Assembly (NCBI GenBank): GCA_030141605.1
Contig: JAQGDQ010001228.1
Span: 12,498 to 53,703, forward strand
Length of the DNA stretch: 41,206 bases
Reading direction: 5' to 3'
Origin: Tubiluchus corallicola
Lineage: Eukaryota; Animalia; Priapulida
A program made the translations under genes and the position numbers. Below are positions 1-41,206 of this stretch, piece after piece. Position 1 is the first letter of the stretch; each line of letters begins with the position of its first letter. The notes under the pieces are model-generated. The model did not search any database. It was not told the DNA's origin and worked only from the letters and a program-made list of their open reading frames with translations.

Positions 1-127
1 GAAGGAGAGAGAGAGAGAGAGAGAGAATGAGAAAGAGAAAGAGAGAGAGAAACAGAGAAAGAGAGAGAGAGAATGAAAGAGAGGGGAGAGAGTGAGAGAG
101 AGAGAGAGTGAAAGAATGAGAGAGAGA

Positions 128-182
<55 letters not shown>
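1..182. repeat. (GA)n microsatellite ending in poly-G
   Basis: Direct reading. Confidence 0.95.
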
Positions 183-183
<1 letters not shown>

Positions 184-1551
184 AGAGGTAAGGCAAAACT
201 TGAGCTGTTGGCTTGGTCAAGAACCTGTTAGACTTAAATTATGATTCTGAACACGAGCATCATCCATTATCTGATGTTTCTGCTTGAAGAGATTGCGGCA
301 AAATATTTATGACCTTTTTCAACAGAGAAAAGCCAACGAACGGCCTTGAAGTAAAAAGTTTAGTACTTCAAAAACAATCAGAACTTTTATTTCTGTACTT
401 ATTCCATTCTTTCCACTTTTTTCAGCTTCTTGTCTCCTTCTCTCAGCTATTCACGATTTTGTGACAAATGAGAACTCAACAGTTTAGGTTCGTTTATCAA
501 GTTTGTATCACTAAAGAACATCATTTTCTTTATTGTTTTTCTTTTTTAAACATTTTTATCTAAAATTTAATGCGCATTATAACGTGTTTTGAATAAATGA
601 AATATCGTTGATCAAGGTTCTAATTGTGAATCTCTATGCAAATTTTGAATCCCTAAGTCTCCAATGCAAGAAATTAATGCCTTGAAACTTATACTGAAAA
701 CAAAATATATTTGAGTCAGTGATTTTTTATGGAATTTGTAACAATTTTGCAATTTGAGAAATAGCAAGAAAAAAGAATAAAACGTTTGGTAGTCTCAAAA
801 ATGCATTTTCATCCTGTCACTTCCAAATGCTGCACTTTGATACGTCCTTGGCAGGTATTGAGTTTGTTGCACCCAAACTACTTTTCACTGCAATTATCCT
901 GCAGGTGTTAGAAAATTCAATGTAATAACTACTGATCCTGGGATTTGACCAGCCTACAGGTATTAATCTTCACTCTAGACGCAATCATGTAGGATAAGAA
1001 TTATGTATTTAAATACATTAATCCTCCAGCAAAACAATGTTATTTAAAACACTGAGTCGTAATAAGCGGCTTAAGTTCTTGTGTGAGTAAAAACACGTGA
1101 TTAAACTATTCTAGTCACGTAAGACAAGCATTTTTTGGGTTAAAACATTAAACACACTTAAAATATTTAACACGCAAAAACTTCAGACAAACTGAGCTGT
1201 TGAATTTACACATTTTAATTCTTGTTTTAGACAAATACATCTATTTCCTGTGTAACTTGACCGCAGGTTTTTGACTGACCTTTACTGCACTCATAAGACA
1301 AAAAACAAAAAGAAAAAAGAAGTAGAATTTATAAAACATTACAGTAGTTATAATAATCAAAGTTAATTGATGATTCAAATCATTCAATGATCACAGCAGG
1401 AACTAAACAGCAAATATTTGATGAACTGTATAATATCAAGAACATCAGAGAGATCAGGCGCCACCTCACGGCACAAATACTACAATTGATAGATTTATAT
1501 TAAAGCTTACTATAAATATAGAGGTAACAATGTTTTTAATCAGCTTTGGGC

Positions 1552-1554
<3 letters not shown>

Positions 1555-1593
<39 letters not shown>
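1555..1593. repeat. (GA)n microsatellite
   Basis: Direct reading. Confidence 0.95.
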
Positions 1594-2760
1594 CGGTCAT
1601 TCACATTTAAGGCAAAAAATGAGTCAAACAGTCACATGTTGAACTCTTACATCTCTTGCCATGAACTCCATCTCGTCAACTTGCTATGCTATTCAACCCA
1701 CCAGTATCAATAATGCGATCTTTGATTAGATTTCGATTTTAATTTAATTCAGTAAACATTGTACAATGTTACATGTATTTACAACACACAAAAATTATTG
1801 GTAAAGCTGCTTATTACATATACATATTAACATACGTATTAAAATATATGTAAATAAAATACATATTCAAAATACCTTGCCTAAAAATTACCAACTTAAA
1901 ATCATCATATAATATCTTTGGCGATATCTAAAAAACAGAAATTGTTACAACACAAAGGGTTTATACAACAACTAATTATATCATTTTTACGTGCAAGCCT
2001 GTGAAATGTTCGTGCATTATTGGTCTTTTGTGGGCAAATGTTATTAGTGTTACAGAGTAAGTCTGATTTCTGTTTGCTCATAATGATTTTTGAGGCTTAG
2101 CTAGTTGCATCAATAGCAGCATCAGCGGAATAATTAGGGCGTCATTAATAATGACAAGTCAATCCCACGTTAACATAACTGCAACTCCGTTTCAAGCTCA
2201 TGTATGAACATTTTTCACTTTTTGGTGATTTCTAGTAAAAGTTTTAGCTCCTTTATAATGCCCAGTTGATTAAATAGGTACCAGTCCGGCTACAACCAAA
2301 TAGATAGATTACACCAGACATCACGGTTTGCACGCTACAAGCAGATTCAATTCTGTTCCATCCACACAATAGAGAGACGTAAGTAACACAGAAGTGAAAA
2401 ATAAGTGCTTCGGAGTGTGTCGGTAAAACTCGGAACCGACACATTTTGTTTGTGCTGAAACCACGGAGCTATAAAATCGAACAGTAGCGCGAATAGAATC
2501 GGTTTTATTAATAATCATTGTACATGTATCATCATTGTAATTAAGTCACGTGAATTTGTTGTCGTAATTGTGTTAATTGTAACTTCAAGGCTAAGTAATC
2601 AACATCTGATGCTCAAAAAAGCCTAATTTCAAGATGGCTGCCTAGAAGAACGTAAATGCAGCTGTTCATATTGTATACTAGCCATATCGCATTTTCTACT
2701 ACAGGTAGAATGGTGTAGGCTAACGAATACATTTTTGCTATATAAAACATCAAGCAATTG

Positions 2761-2949
2761 GACAGACAGATAGTTCGAGAAACAGACAGACAGATAGACA
2801 GGCAGACAGACAGATAGATAGACAGACAGTCACACGGACAGGCTGACGGATGGATAAACAGGTTGACAAACAGACAGACCGGCAGACAGACAGACAGGCT
2901 GACGGATGGATAAACAGGTTGACAGACAGACAGACAGAGAAACAGAGTG

Positions 2950-3017
<68 letters not shown>
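2761..3017. repeat. Compound (CAGA)n / (TAT)n microsatellite
   Basis: Direct reading. Confidence 0.93.
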
Positions 3018-3018
<1 letters not shown>

Positions 3019-3193
3019 AATTTTTTATCCAAAATGTAATACACATAGATACACAAGCTCAAAAGTTGATCCAACGCAGAAGTGTATATTGACTGTGCAG
3101 TCAAAGGAAAGCCACGCCCTCTCTCGCTCAGGGTCACTGGCTTGCTCGTTGTGTAGGTGCAACCGTGAAGAAGAAACATACGAGAAAAACACA

Positions 3194-3258
3194 ATGAGTG
3201 AACGTTTAGTATGAGTGAACGTTTAGTATGAGTGAACGTTTAGTATGAGTGAACTTAG
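3194..3258. repeat. 17-bp tandem repeat
   Basis: atgagtgaacgtttagt x~3.8. Confidence 0.9.
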
Positions 3259-3459
3259 TGCCATTTGCCACTTATTCCAGACAACAAGAAACTGTCTAGC
3301 AAATCAACTCAAAGAGGAGTTTATAATTTCATATAAATTTCATTTATTTTAAGTGGATTGATATACAGTGATATTACTGACCGAAGTTTTTCCTCTGTGT
3401 TATAAATATATTTTAGTTGAGAATAGATATATACTACAGGTTAGTTCAATAACAGGACG

Positions 3460-3596
3460 ATAGAATAGAATAGAATAGAATAGAATAGAATAGAATAGAA
3501 TAGAATAGAATAGAATAGAATAGAATAGAATAGAATAGAATAGAATAGAATAGAATGGAATAGAATAGAATAGAATGGAATAGAATAGAATAGAAT
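3460..3596. repeat. (TAGAA)n microsatellite
   Basis: Direct reading. Confidence 0.95.
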
Positions 3597-3863
3597 TATT
3601 TCATTCAATGTTTTGTGATATCAAGGTCTGTCTGGTCTTCAATGAAAAAAGTCTACCTAAACCGCACGAACTTCTTGTAAAGGTAAAATTATAGACGTTT
3701 TTTACTTACTGTGCAACCTGAACACTTCAACTAAAATCCGGCTTAAACAAACCTGAATCTGTATGGAAAGTGTTCGCCTTTCACTGTTCTAGTTTTGCTT
3801 CGGTGTAACAAGTTTCCACTTTTTGCGGTTTTGAGCTTTTACCGCTTTTGCGATTTTATTGTC

Positions 3864-3904
<41 letters not shown>

Positions 3905-3948
3905 TAATGATAATAACAGTAACAGTAACAGTAATAATAATAATCGTA

Positions 3949-4033
<85 letters not shown>
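3864..4033. repeat. (AAT)n microsatellite
   Basis: Direct reading. Confidence 0.95.
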
Positions 4034-4034
<1 letters not shown>

Positions 4035-5477
4035 CCTTATTTAAAGTCTTCTTTAAAATCAACAGACAACACATACCTGCCATGAAGCTTTTACCGCCGA
4101 CTGTAAATAACTAACTACACCATGCGTGTAAAACAAAGCCGTTTGTTGCGACAGTTCAGCAACGTCAGTTATTTTACGTGGATTTTACTTAATTATGCAT
4201 TAGTCTGTGTGTTGAGTGATTTACTAGTAGGATCTTGCTTGGGAGCAAGAAAAACTGAACTAGGTAAGGTTCTAGCTCGCAGTTAAAACTGTTAGTATTA
4301 GAATAGCATGGGTTGCGAGGCGTTGCCAAGTGTACACAAATACGTTGTATGGTACACTTAACCTTTGATCTTTTCATGATCATTATCAATCGCTGGAACT
4401 GTGAAAAGGCATATTTGTGAGCTAAATGTAAATGTTCTAGAACGGCAAATTAAAACTGTTTCATTGAGCTGAATCTTTCAGTGTTGTTCTTAGCAGAAAT
4501 TTCATCTTCTTTGTAGCAGGTACGCCTGCGTCTGAGAGAATTCGGGGAAGGCAGTAGACCTTTGGAAGAAGGCACCGCGGGCGTAGAAACTGATTTTCTG
4601 TTTCCAGCCTGGGATTAACCATTAAAGGAAAGAACAAGTCACTCGGTATGTTTGGCTTATTTTGCTGTTGTCTTTAAAATTTAGAAAACTATAACAAAAA
4701 ACTGCCTATAAAGCAGAAATTTAGAATATGCTACCTCTGAACTGAAATTTTCAGGCGTGGTGGTTGCTGCAATTCACTTGAAAGTTATGACGTAGCTGGG
4801 AGACTTCGTAACTTTTCGTAGGTGCATCGTGGCTTTCCGGAAGCGCTCGCTGCTTAAACTAGTTCAAACTTCAGCAGCTTAGCTAATGTTAACGCAAAAA
4901 TATTATAAAATTATCTATTTTTTGTAAAAACTTATTATACCTTTCACGGGAAAGATAATGTGTTGCGACGTTTATTCAGGACGAATGACGTCATTTTAAG
5001 GAAGAATGGGCAGTGAAAGTGGGAGCGCCCAAGCGGGTAACGATAGCGACTTTTCAGTGATTTTACTAGTTACACGAGTCACTTATATGTGGAGGTAGCT
5101 AGTGAAAGTAGTGAAAGTGGTGTGACTTGCTTTTTGCATTGTAAAAAGTACTATAGTATACTTCAAATATGTAACAATGTGTGTGTAATATGAATATCTA
5201 ATCTAATATGTATAAATTCTACAATAAAGTAAATAATAATAATAGTAACAACTAAAGGTGAAAACTAATATTATAGTTTGCTGATAATACAATGTTTGGT
5301 AACTACTATATAAACCCCATAGCTATCAAAAACAAAATATCTAAACCTTCTAGTACCTGAAGCATTGGAAGGTGATAATGTTGATAAAATTATAATACTT
5401 TGTCGCAGACACTTGCGATGCTGCAGTGGATGCTGATGTTGAAGAAGATCTTGCAGAACCAGCAGGTCTGTTCGTCC

Positions 5478-5665
5478 TGGGTTGAGTGACCGAGTGGTTT
5501 AGATTTCAGACTGCAACTACGCAGTCTAGAGTTCAATACTATCGGTCACCAACGCCCAGGCATATACCCTACATGTTATTCGCTGTTCGTGTGTCGCGTC
5601 CTTGCCTGTATAAGTCGCTAAACAGCCATTAGTGTTGTCTGTTAAATGAGCAACGGTAAATAAAT
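5478..5665 (+). mobile_element. Candidate tRNA-derived SINE
   Basis: A-box-like TGACCGAGTGG, B-box-like GAGTTCAATAC at tRNA spacing, ends in taaataaat. Confidence 0.5.
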
Positions 5666-5772
5666 CTTGACTTTGTCTTTGACTATAGAAATACACGAAA
5701 GCCTAAGCAAAGTAGAAGCTCTAGATGGAGAATAGAAGGAATAAATTGGATGGAGGCAGGCATTAAGTAACA

Positions 5773-6005
5773 TTAAAATAGCATTACTTCATTTTGCATT
5801 CGACTTTGATTAACCTCATCAATAGTTCCGTCGCAGTGTGGGTTCACTACATTTAGAGATGTTGTGATGCGTTCCCACATTTTCTTTTTCTTTTTTAAAG
5901 TTGCCCGGTGGCATTCAAGTAAACAGTAAGTGTTATTAGTCATTGCCTCTATCAACAAATTTGCCTCTGATAGAGAGAAATTAGTTTTCGCTTCTTGCTC
6001 GCAAT
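5773..6005 (-). pseudogene. Myb/SANT-like DNA-binding domain remnant of the type carried by PIF/Harbinger transposons
   Basis: ASKKRK/TNFSLSEANLLIEAM...KKKKMWERITTSLNVVNPHCDGTIDEV fits R..NFS..E...L......K...W..I...LN; one frameshift. Confidence 0.65.
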
Positions 6006-8399
6006 TTCTAATAAATTCAGTGAAAATGTAGTGAAGAAAACTTTACATTTGATCAAATGTTAACAGACTATGTAAGACTACATTACATTAGCACTAAATA
6101 TAACATTACACATCATAGTCAGAAAATCAGGTTAAATGAGTGGTCTCCAGGCAGAGATATCTAGCACAGGACCGAATGGATAAGATATGATGTAATATCA
6201 ATGATATGATATGTGTCTGACAATGATGTTAAAACAGTCCGCAAATTAGCAAACATCTGTGTCAATCAAGTTGTTACAGACAGTTTTTGCTCTGTAGACT
6301 TGGTTCGATTTTCAAAAACAAAAACCTAAAAATATTGCATTGTAACATAAAAACCCAAGCTTAAAAACTGTGGGAGGCGTAATAACGTTGCCTGATATTT
6401 AAGCTGTTTCTACTGCTCTCTCCACCACTATAATTATGTCAACATTTAGAGCGCCGACGTTCGAAAGTGGTGACAAACCAAAAAATAAAAATTAAAAAAG
6501 CACAAACTTGAAAACATTGCATAAAGTTTTACGATACTAAAAGCCAAAAACGTATCAGTAGGTATTAGGCAGAATTTTAAAAACGAACGAAATTTTGGGT
6601 TAATCACAACACGTTTTACAGAATTTAATTCCACTATATTTTAATGTCGCATTCATTTGTATGTTCATAGTCAAGCAGTTCGTAAGAAGACTTCGCGAAT
6701 AGCTCTTTGGAAAGCTTCTTACGAGCTTCGTAAAAAAAATCCTATGAAAATTCTTACGAACATGATAGTGAATCCGGTCCCTGCAAGTAATTCAAAATGA
6801 GTGTATAGTGGTGCATAGCCTGTAGGCCCTATACGTTCAGACCCTTCGTTTATTTGACAGTCTTGGGCACGTGAAGCCCTTATTCCGTCCCGGCGTAGTT
6901 AGGGTAATTACAAAAAAGTCTGTTAGGGTAAGAATCAACCGTAAATGAAAACCTAGAGCACAATTTTCAAGTGCAAGTACTTTTGGATATTTCCAATAAT
7001 ATCAATATCTCTCATTAGGTGGGGACACCATACAGGCGTACAATATTCAACAATAGGGCGAAATGTAAGATTTAAAAACTATCTTGTCTGTACTAAACTG
7101 CAAACAACAAAATATCGTATTTGTTACACGATTTGCTTTAAAAGCAATTTCACGGGTATTTGTCCTTTGTAAAAATTGCTAAAGGCGTGGAAATGTCACG
7201 TAATGAATGTCTAACACTGGTTTGTCAATTTCAAGACAGAACACAGTTCAGCAAATTGGAGATGAACAAATTTATCATAGATCAGTGGCAGAGGAATAAG
7301 CAGTTAACGGGCGAGTTACCAGAAGTTACTCCAATTTTTACTAATACATTAAGACTGCCGCTGGGAAAGTACGATAGACTAAAAGAAACTAGTGCATTTT
7401 CGTTATTGTTAATCAGCTGTTTTAAGCTTTTAAGCAACAGGTTAGGATTAGTTGAAGATGACAAATGTGTCAATGTGGTAGCATCCAAACACCAGAACAT
7501 GTAATTTTTGATTACCATCTAGTATTAGATGAACGCAGGACAGCTTGGGAAAATGCAAACTGGTAATAGAAATATAAGAAATGTCTGCAGACAACGTAAC
7601 GAAAATAATTTAAAATTTTATCAGAAAATTGTACATCACTTGCTTGCAAACCAAAAGTGCTCATAAGTCGGCATATTTAAAACTACGTTATGATGCTTCA
7701 AAGTAGAATGCACCAAAAATTTGGTCAAATGTCAATTTTTTGTTTCTTATAACCACAAATGCAAAAATGAGTTCGACTTTTATATTCTAGCATCAAATTA
7801 TCAGAAAAATGTTAAAAAATACTAAATAATATTTTTTTAGTCCCGTACCCACTTCTCTGCCTATAAACCAGTTCTGCAATTGCAAAAAAACGTGTATTTT
7901 CAAACTACGATAGTAGCTCATAGAAGCTGTTATTTTACTTCGGGTTTTCTCTGTTGCCAAACCCAGGCCTTCGCCAGGAACAATCATCTAACTGGATTAA
8001 AACAAAACTTCAATTTGTTATTGCAAAGTCCGTAGCAACCAACATTTTTGCAGTTGCTAAGTATTTTGTAGAGACGCGACAAAAAACAACGGCTAACTTT
8101 AACAGCGATTTTCTCAAGATTACATTTTTCAGTGAGTGCACCACAATTTTAAGGTGGATTACCTCAGCTTAGAGATAACATAGGATGATGAGCTTGGCAT
8201 CAAAATGATCCTCATGTAATGGAGATTCAGGGTATGTGAATAGCTAGAAAAGCTTATGGACGATTCTGCTACGCAAAATTGGTTTTAGATATAAAATAAA
8301 CTAGTGTAATTAATTAATAGTGGTAACTAACAATAATTTTAATTAAATCTGCTATGAGCGCTGTTGTATGTAAATTTCAATAATTGTAATTGCAACTGT

Positions 8400-10320
8400 G
8401 TTGTTGAATATAATATCGAACATATATACTTACATTTAGCATAAATGTGCCCTGCAATTATTGGGTTTAATTTGGAATGTACATCATGTGTTTTCTAGAT
8501 AAACGATTTATAATAATAATAATCACGGCAATGCTCACAAAGATTATAGGATATAGCAATACCTATATTATACAGGGAAGTTGTAAAGCTATTTACTGTT
8601 AGCAGCAAACAGTTTGACTGTAACATTTGAGAAAACAAAGGGCAAATCGTTGGTAAACAGAACAAGCAGGAGGGGCACTAACAGTGGCCCTTGAGGGACA
8701 CCAGAGCGGAAAGTAACAAACTCTGACACAGAGTTACTAATAACGATTATTTGTTTTTTATGTATAATAAGTGCTTCGACCATCTGTGTAAAAAGTCGTG
8801 AATGCCAAATGATAAGTAATTTGTGACGACGTACAGCATCAGGTGCTTTTTGATAATTAATATAAATTGTATCGACAAACATCTTATCATTTATTGCAAT
8901 AGTACAATCATCAATACATCCAAGAAGTTGTGTACATACAGATCTGCATGATAAAGACCTATGCTGTTGTTTTGAGGTTAAATTATGTTCATTTGGGTAG
9001 CACAAAATGATACATTCAACAACATACATTTCCATTATTTTGCTAGATATGCAAGTCAATAATTGCTAGGATTTGAACTTTCGCTCTTTTAAAAAAATAC
9101 GTTTAACGCCACATATCTTGTATAACTCAGTTTCTCAAGCACAAAATGTAAATAGCAGATGCAAATGTAAATGTCATTCGCCACTTACTTAAAGAAAATC
9201 GAAGATATCGGTGTTCTCAGTTTTGGCTTAATTTTCTTTACATTTAAGAGGAGATAATTTTATATTTGCGAGAATGCAACTATTTGGAACTTTATAGACA
9301 ACATGTGGAACATTAATATCATTGTCAACAAAATTTGAAAAACAACAATTTAAAAGTTCTACCTTTTCTTCATCAGAAACAACCAAGTTTGCAATGTCAT
9401 TTTTAAGGGCATTGCAGCATTGCCTATTATTTAAATATATTACTCCTGACATTTCCGTTTAAGATCCTCATTTCGTGACGTTTGTTCCATCGAGTTACTG
9501 TGATCTGGAAGCGACGGTTTTCACGCTCATATTCTTCTAAAGCCTGGACGTCATTGTTGCTATGACGCCAATTTTCTTTATGCAATGTGTAAAGCGTGCA
9601 GAATGAATGAATTGCGTTTCCATTTTCTTTTTAAATTTTAGTCTTACTGGGTAGATTTCTTAGGTAAACGTTTTGAAATCAAGTCTTCCACAAACGCCAG
9701 ATAACTATCGCTGTAATATTGAACAGCTAGCATGTTCAAAAAGCTGTCCCAAGTTACAGTTCTGCAGGTCACGTTTAATGAGATACCAATTTGCTTTTTT
9801 GAAGTCAAAACGTGTAAAGCTAACAGGCCTACTAGTTATAACACTTTAAGCTTAATCGTGGAGAAATTCATGGCATCGTAATTAGAAGAGACAAAAGCTT
9901 CGCAAACAGAAACATTGAAAACGTCACCGAGGCACTAAACTAAATCTAGGTAACTTTTTCTCCCTCAAACTTTATCTTTTCTAGTCGGTTTCATAATTAA
10001 TTTGTAAAGGCCTTTTTTGGTTCACGATGAGGTAAAGCTGTTCTATAGTGGCGTATTTGGGTATTCTACCATGCTGTGCCAAATAAACTCACTTAAGTTA
10101 AAATCCCCACAGGCGAGGACAGGTTTAGAAGTACAACTCAGTTCGAAAATACTAGTCACAAATTTGCTGGAACTCGACATTAGTTTAATCTGGGGACGAA
10201 AAATCACTACAAAGCTTCAGGAATTTTCTCTAGAAAAGTGGACTGCAGGGATTTGTAAAATAGAATGTTTTTCCTTCGGCGAACTTCATTCACATCTAGG
10301 CCTTTTTAAATGATAATACC
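8400..10320 (-). mobile_element. Degraded CR1-type LINE ORF2 (endonuclease + RT remnants)
   Basis: GDFNL near 10100; SDEEKVELLNCCFS linker; ISSKIME, QH...RS..TQLL, IYINYQKAPDAV.RHKLL, SGVPQGPLLVPLLLVLFTNDL, KLFA(A)N decayed RT motifs; ends approximate. Confidence 0.85.
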
Positions 10321-10465
10321 GTCAAAATCTTGAAAATTACAACCGTAATACAACTTTCAATTTTGTACGAAGTCATTAAGCCACTTAACAGTGCAATAGC
10401 AGCCAAACATGTGTTTCTAAAGTATTCTTTAAAAGACAACAAAATACTTGTTGTCCTCTGTTTTT

Positions 10466-10471
10466 TTTATT
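10466..10471 (-). terminator. Candidate polyadenylation signal (AATAAA) of the guanylyl cyclase
   Basis: AATAAA on minus strand ~54 nt after the stop codon; motif only. Confidence 0.4.
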
Positions 10472-10524
10472 ATCTCTTGGTAGAAAGTACTGCCATCTAC
10501 AGGCAGTAACAAACACTTGAACCT

Positions 10525-40415
<29,891 letters not shown>

Positions 40416-40608
40416 CTGTAAGAAGATTTTTAAATCTATAAATAATGAATATAATGGTAGAGTGGATTATTAGAAAGTTTGCACTATTGTACTGATTCAA
40501 AAAGTTTCATTTTGATATCGTATCTACGTTTAGGTTAAACAGAAAGTTCAGATGATATCAGAAATGCTTCTAAGCTTGGATGCTCGAATGCTTTACATAC
40601 AAAGTTAT

Positions 40609-40803
40609 GTTACTTAGCATTTTGCTTACCGGCTTGAAAGACTTATGTAACTAGAAAAGAACATTATTAATTATTTAAAATGCTTTCACCAGTTGGTAAA
40701 ATGTCGTTGATTCACATCCAGGGTGCACCACTTACTAACCAAAAACCCTATTTTTAAATTTGTTGACAAGATACATAATTTAAAATTTTACTAATTTAGT
40801 AAC
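40609..40803. repeat. Dispersed repeat, copy 2
   Basis: Same orientation copy of 18906-19098. Confidence 0.85.
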
Positions 40804-41095
40804 ACTGAAACTGTGACGGTTGACTGCAAGTTGAAAATTTTCCATTTTACCAGCATACTACACCACCAGCAACATTTTTCAAAGTTAATTTGCACATTTT
40901 TCAGGAAAATGGTGTATATAGTTTTGAATTATGGATGAAACCTGCCACGAAGAATATGAATCAATGTGATCTCAACCAAAAGACGTTTATCGGCCATAAA
41001 AGATAAAAAATTTCGTTTTGCACCAAATCCTATGTAATAATGACATTATCAAGTAAGGAAAGAAGTAAATTATAGGAGAAGTCAAACACGTACCC

Positions 41096-41206
41096 TAGTG
41101 TTTGTTGCTCCATGCTAAGCAACACATAACTTAGTCTTTGTTGCTCCATGCCAAGCAACACGTACAATAGTGTTTGTTGCACCCTGATAAGCAACACATA
41201 CAATAG
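41096..41206. repeat. 36-bp minisatellite (3 copies, runs off window end)
   Basis: tagtgtttgttgctccatgctaagcaacacataac-type units. Confidence 0.85.

Noticed and set aside
4500-5100. Possible promoter/first exon (TGACGTCA at 4986, CCGGAAG, splice-like sites near 4607 and 4645)
   Set aside because: Short motifs only; no linked coding exons found.
7160-7518. Overlapping 114-aa and 78-aa ORFs
   Set aside because: No recognisable motif or exon partners; could be an unrecognised TE fragment.

Overview
AT-rich, microsatellite-dense animal (probably invertebrate) genomic DNA; not prokaryotic, no CRISPR. The dominant feature is a minus-strand, multi-exon receptor guanylyl cyclase of the natriuretic peptide receptor (NPR1/NPR2-like) family. 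I traced 18 exons (40415 down to stop at 10525; 2178 nt, 725 aa) with GT-AG junctions and consistent phases: part of the extracellular domain, TM helix, kinase-homology domain, coiled coil and cyclase. Its 5' exons lie beyond the window. The standout observation is in the ~10 kb intron (26205-36260): a decayed, antisense BEL/Pao-type LTR retrotransposon whose gag reads SAP domain - coiled coil - complete intronless glycogenin catalytic domain - BEL Gag core, i.e. a retroelement that appears to have captured a self-glucosylating glycosyltransferase inside Gag. Also present: a ~1 kb tandem duplication that created a frameshifted copy of a catalytic exon with intact splice sites, two CR1/L2-type LINE remnants, a Harbinger-type Myb/SANT remnant, MITEs, tRNA- and 5S-derived SINE candidates, a probable solo LTR, and many mini/microsatellites. 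Everything was read by eye; no database search was run.
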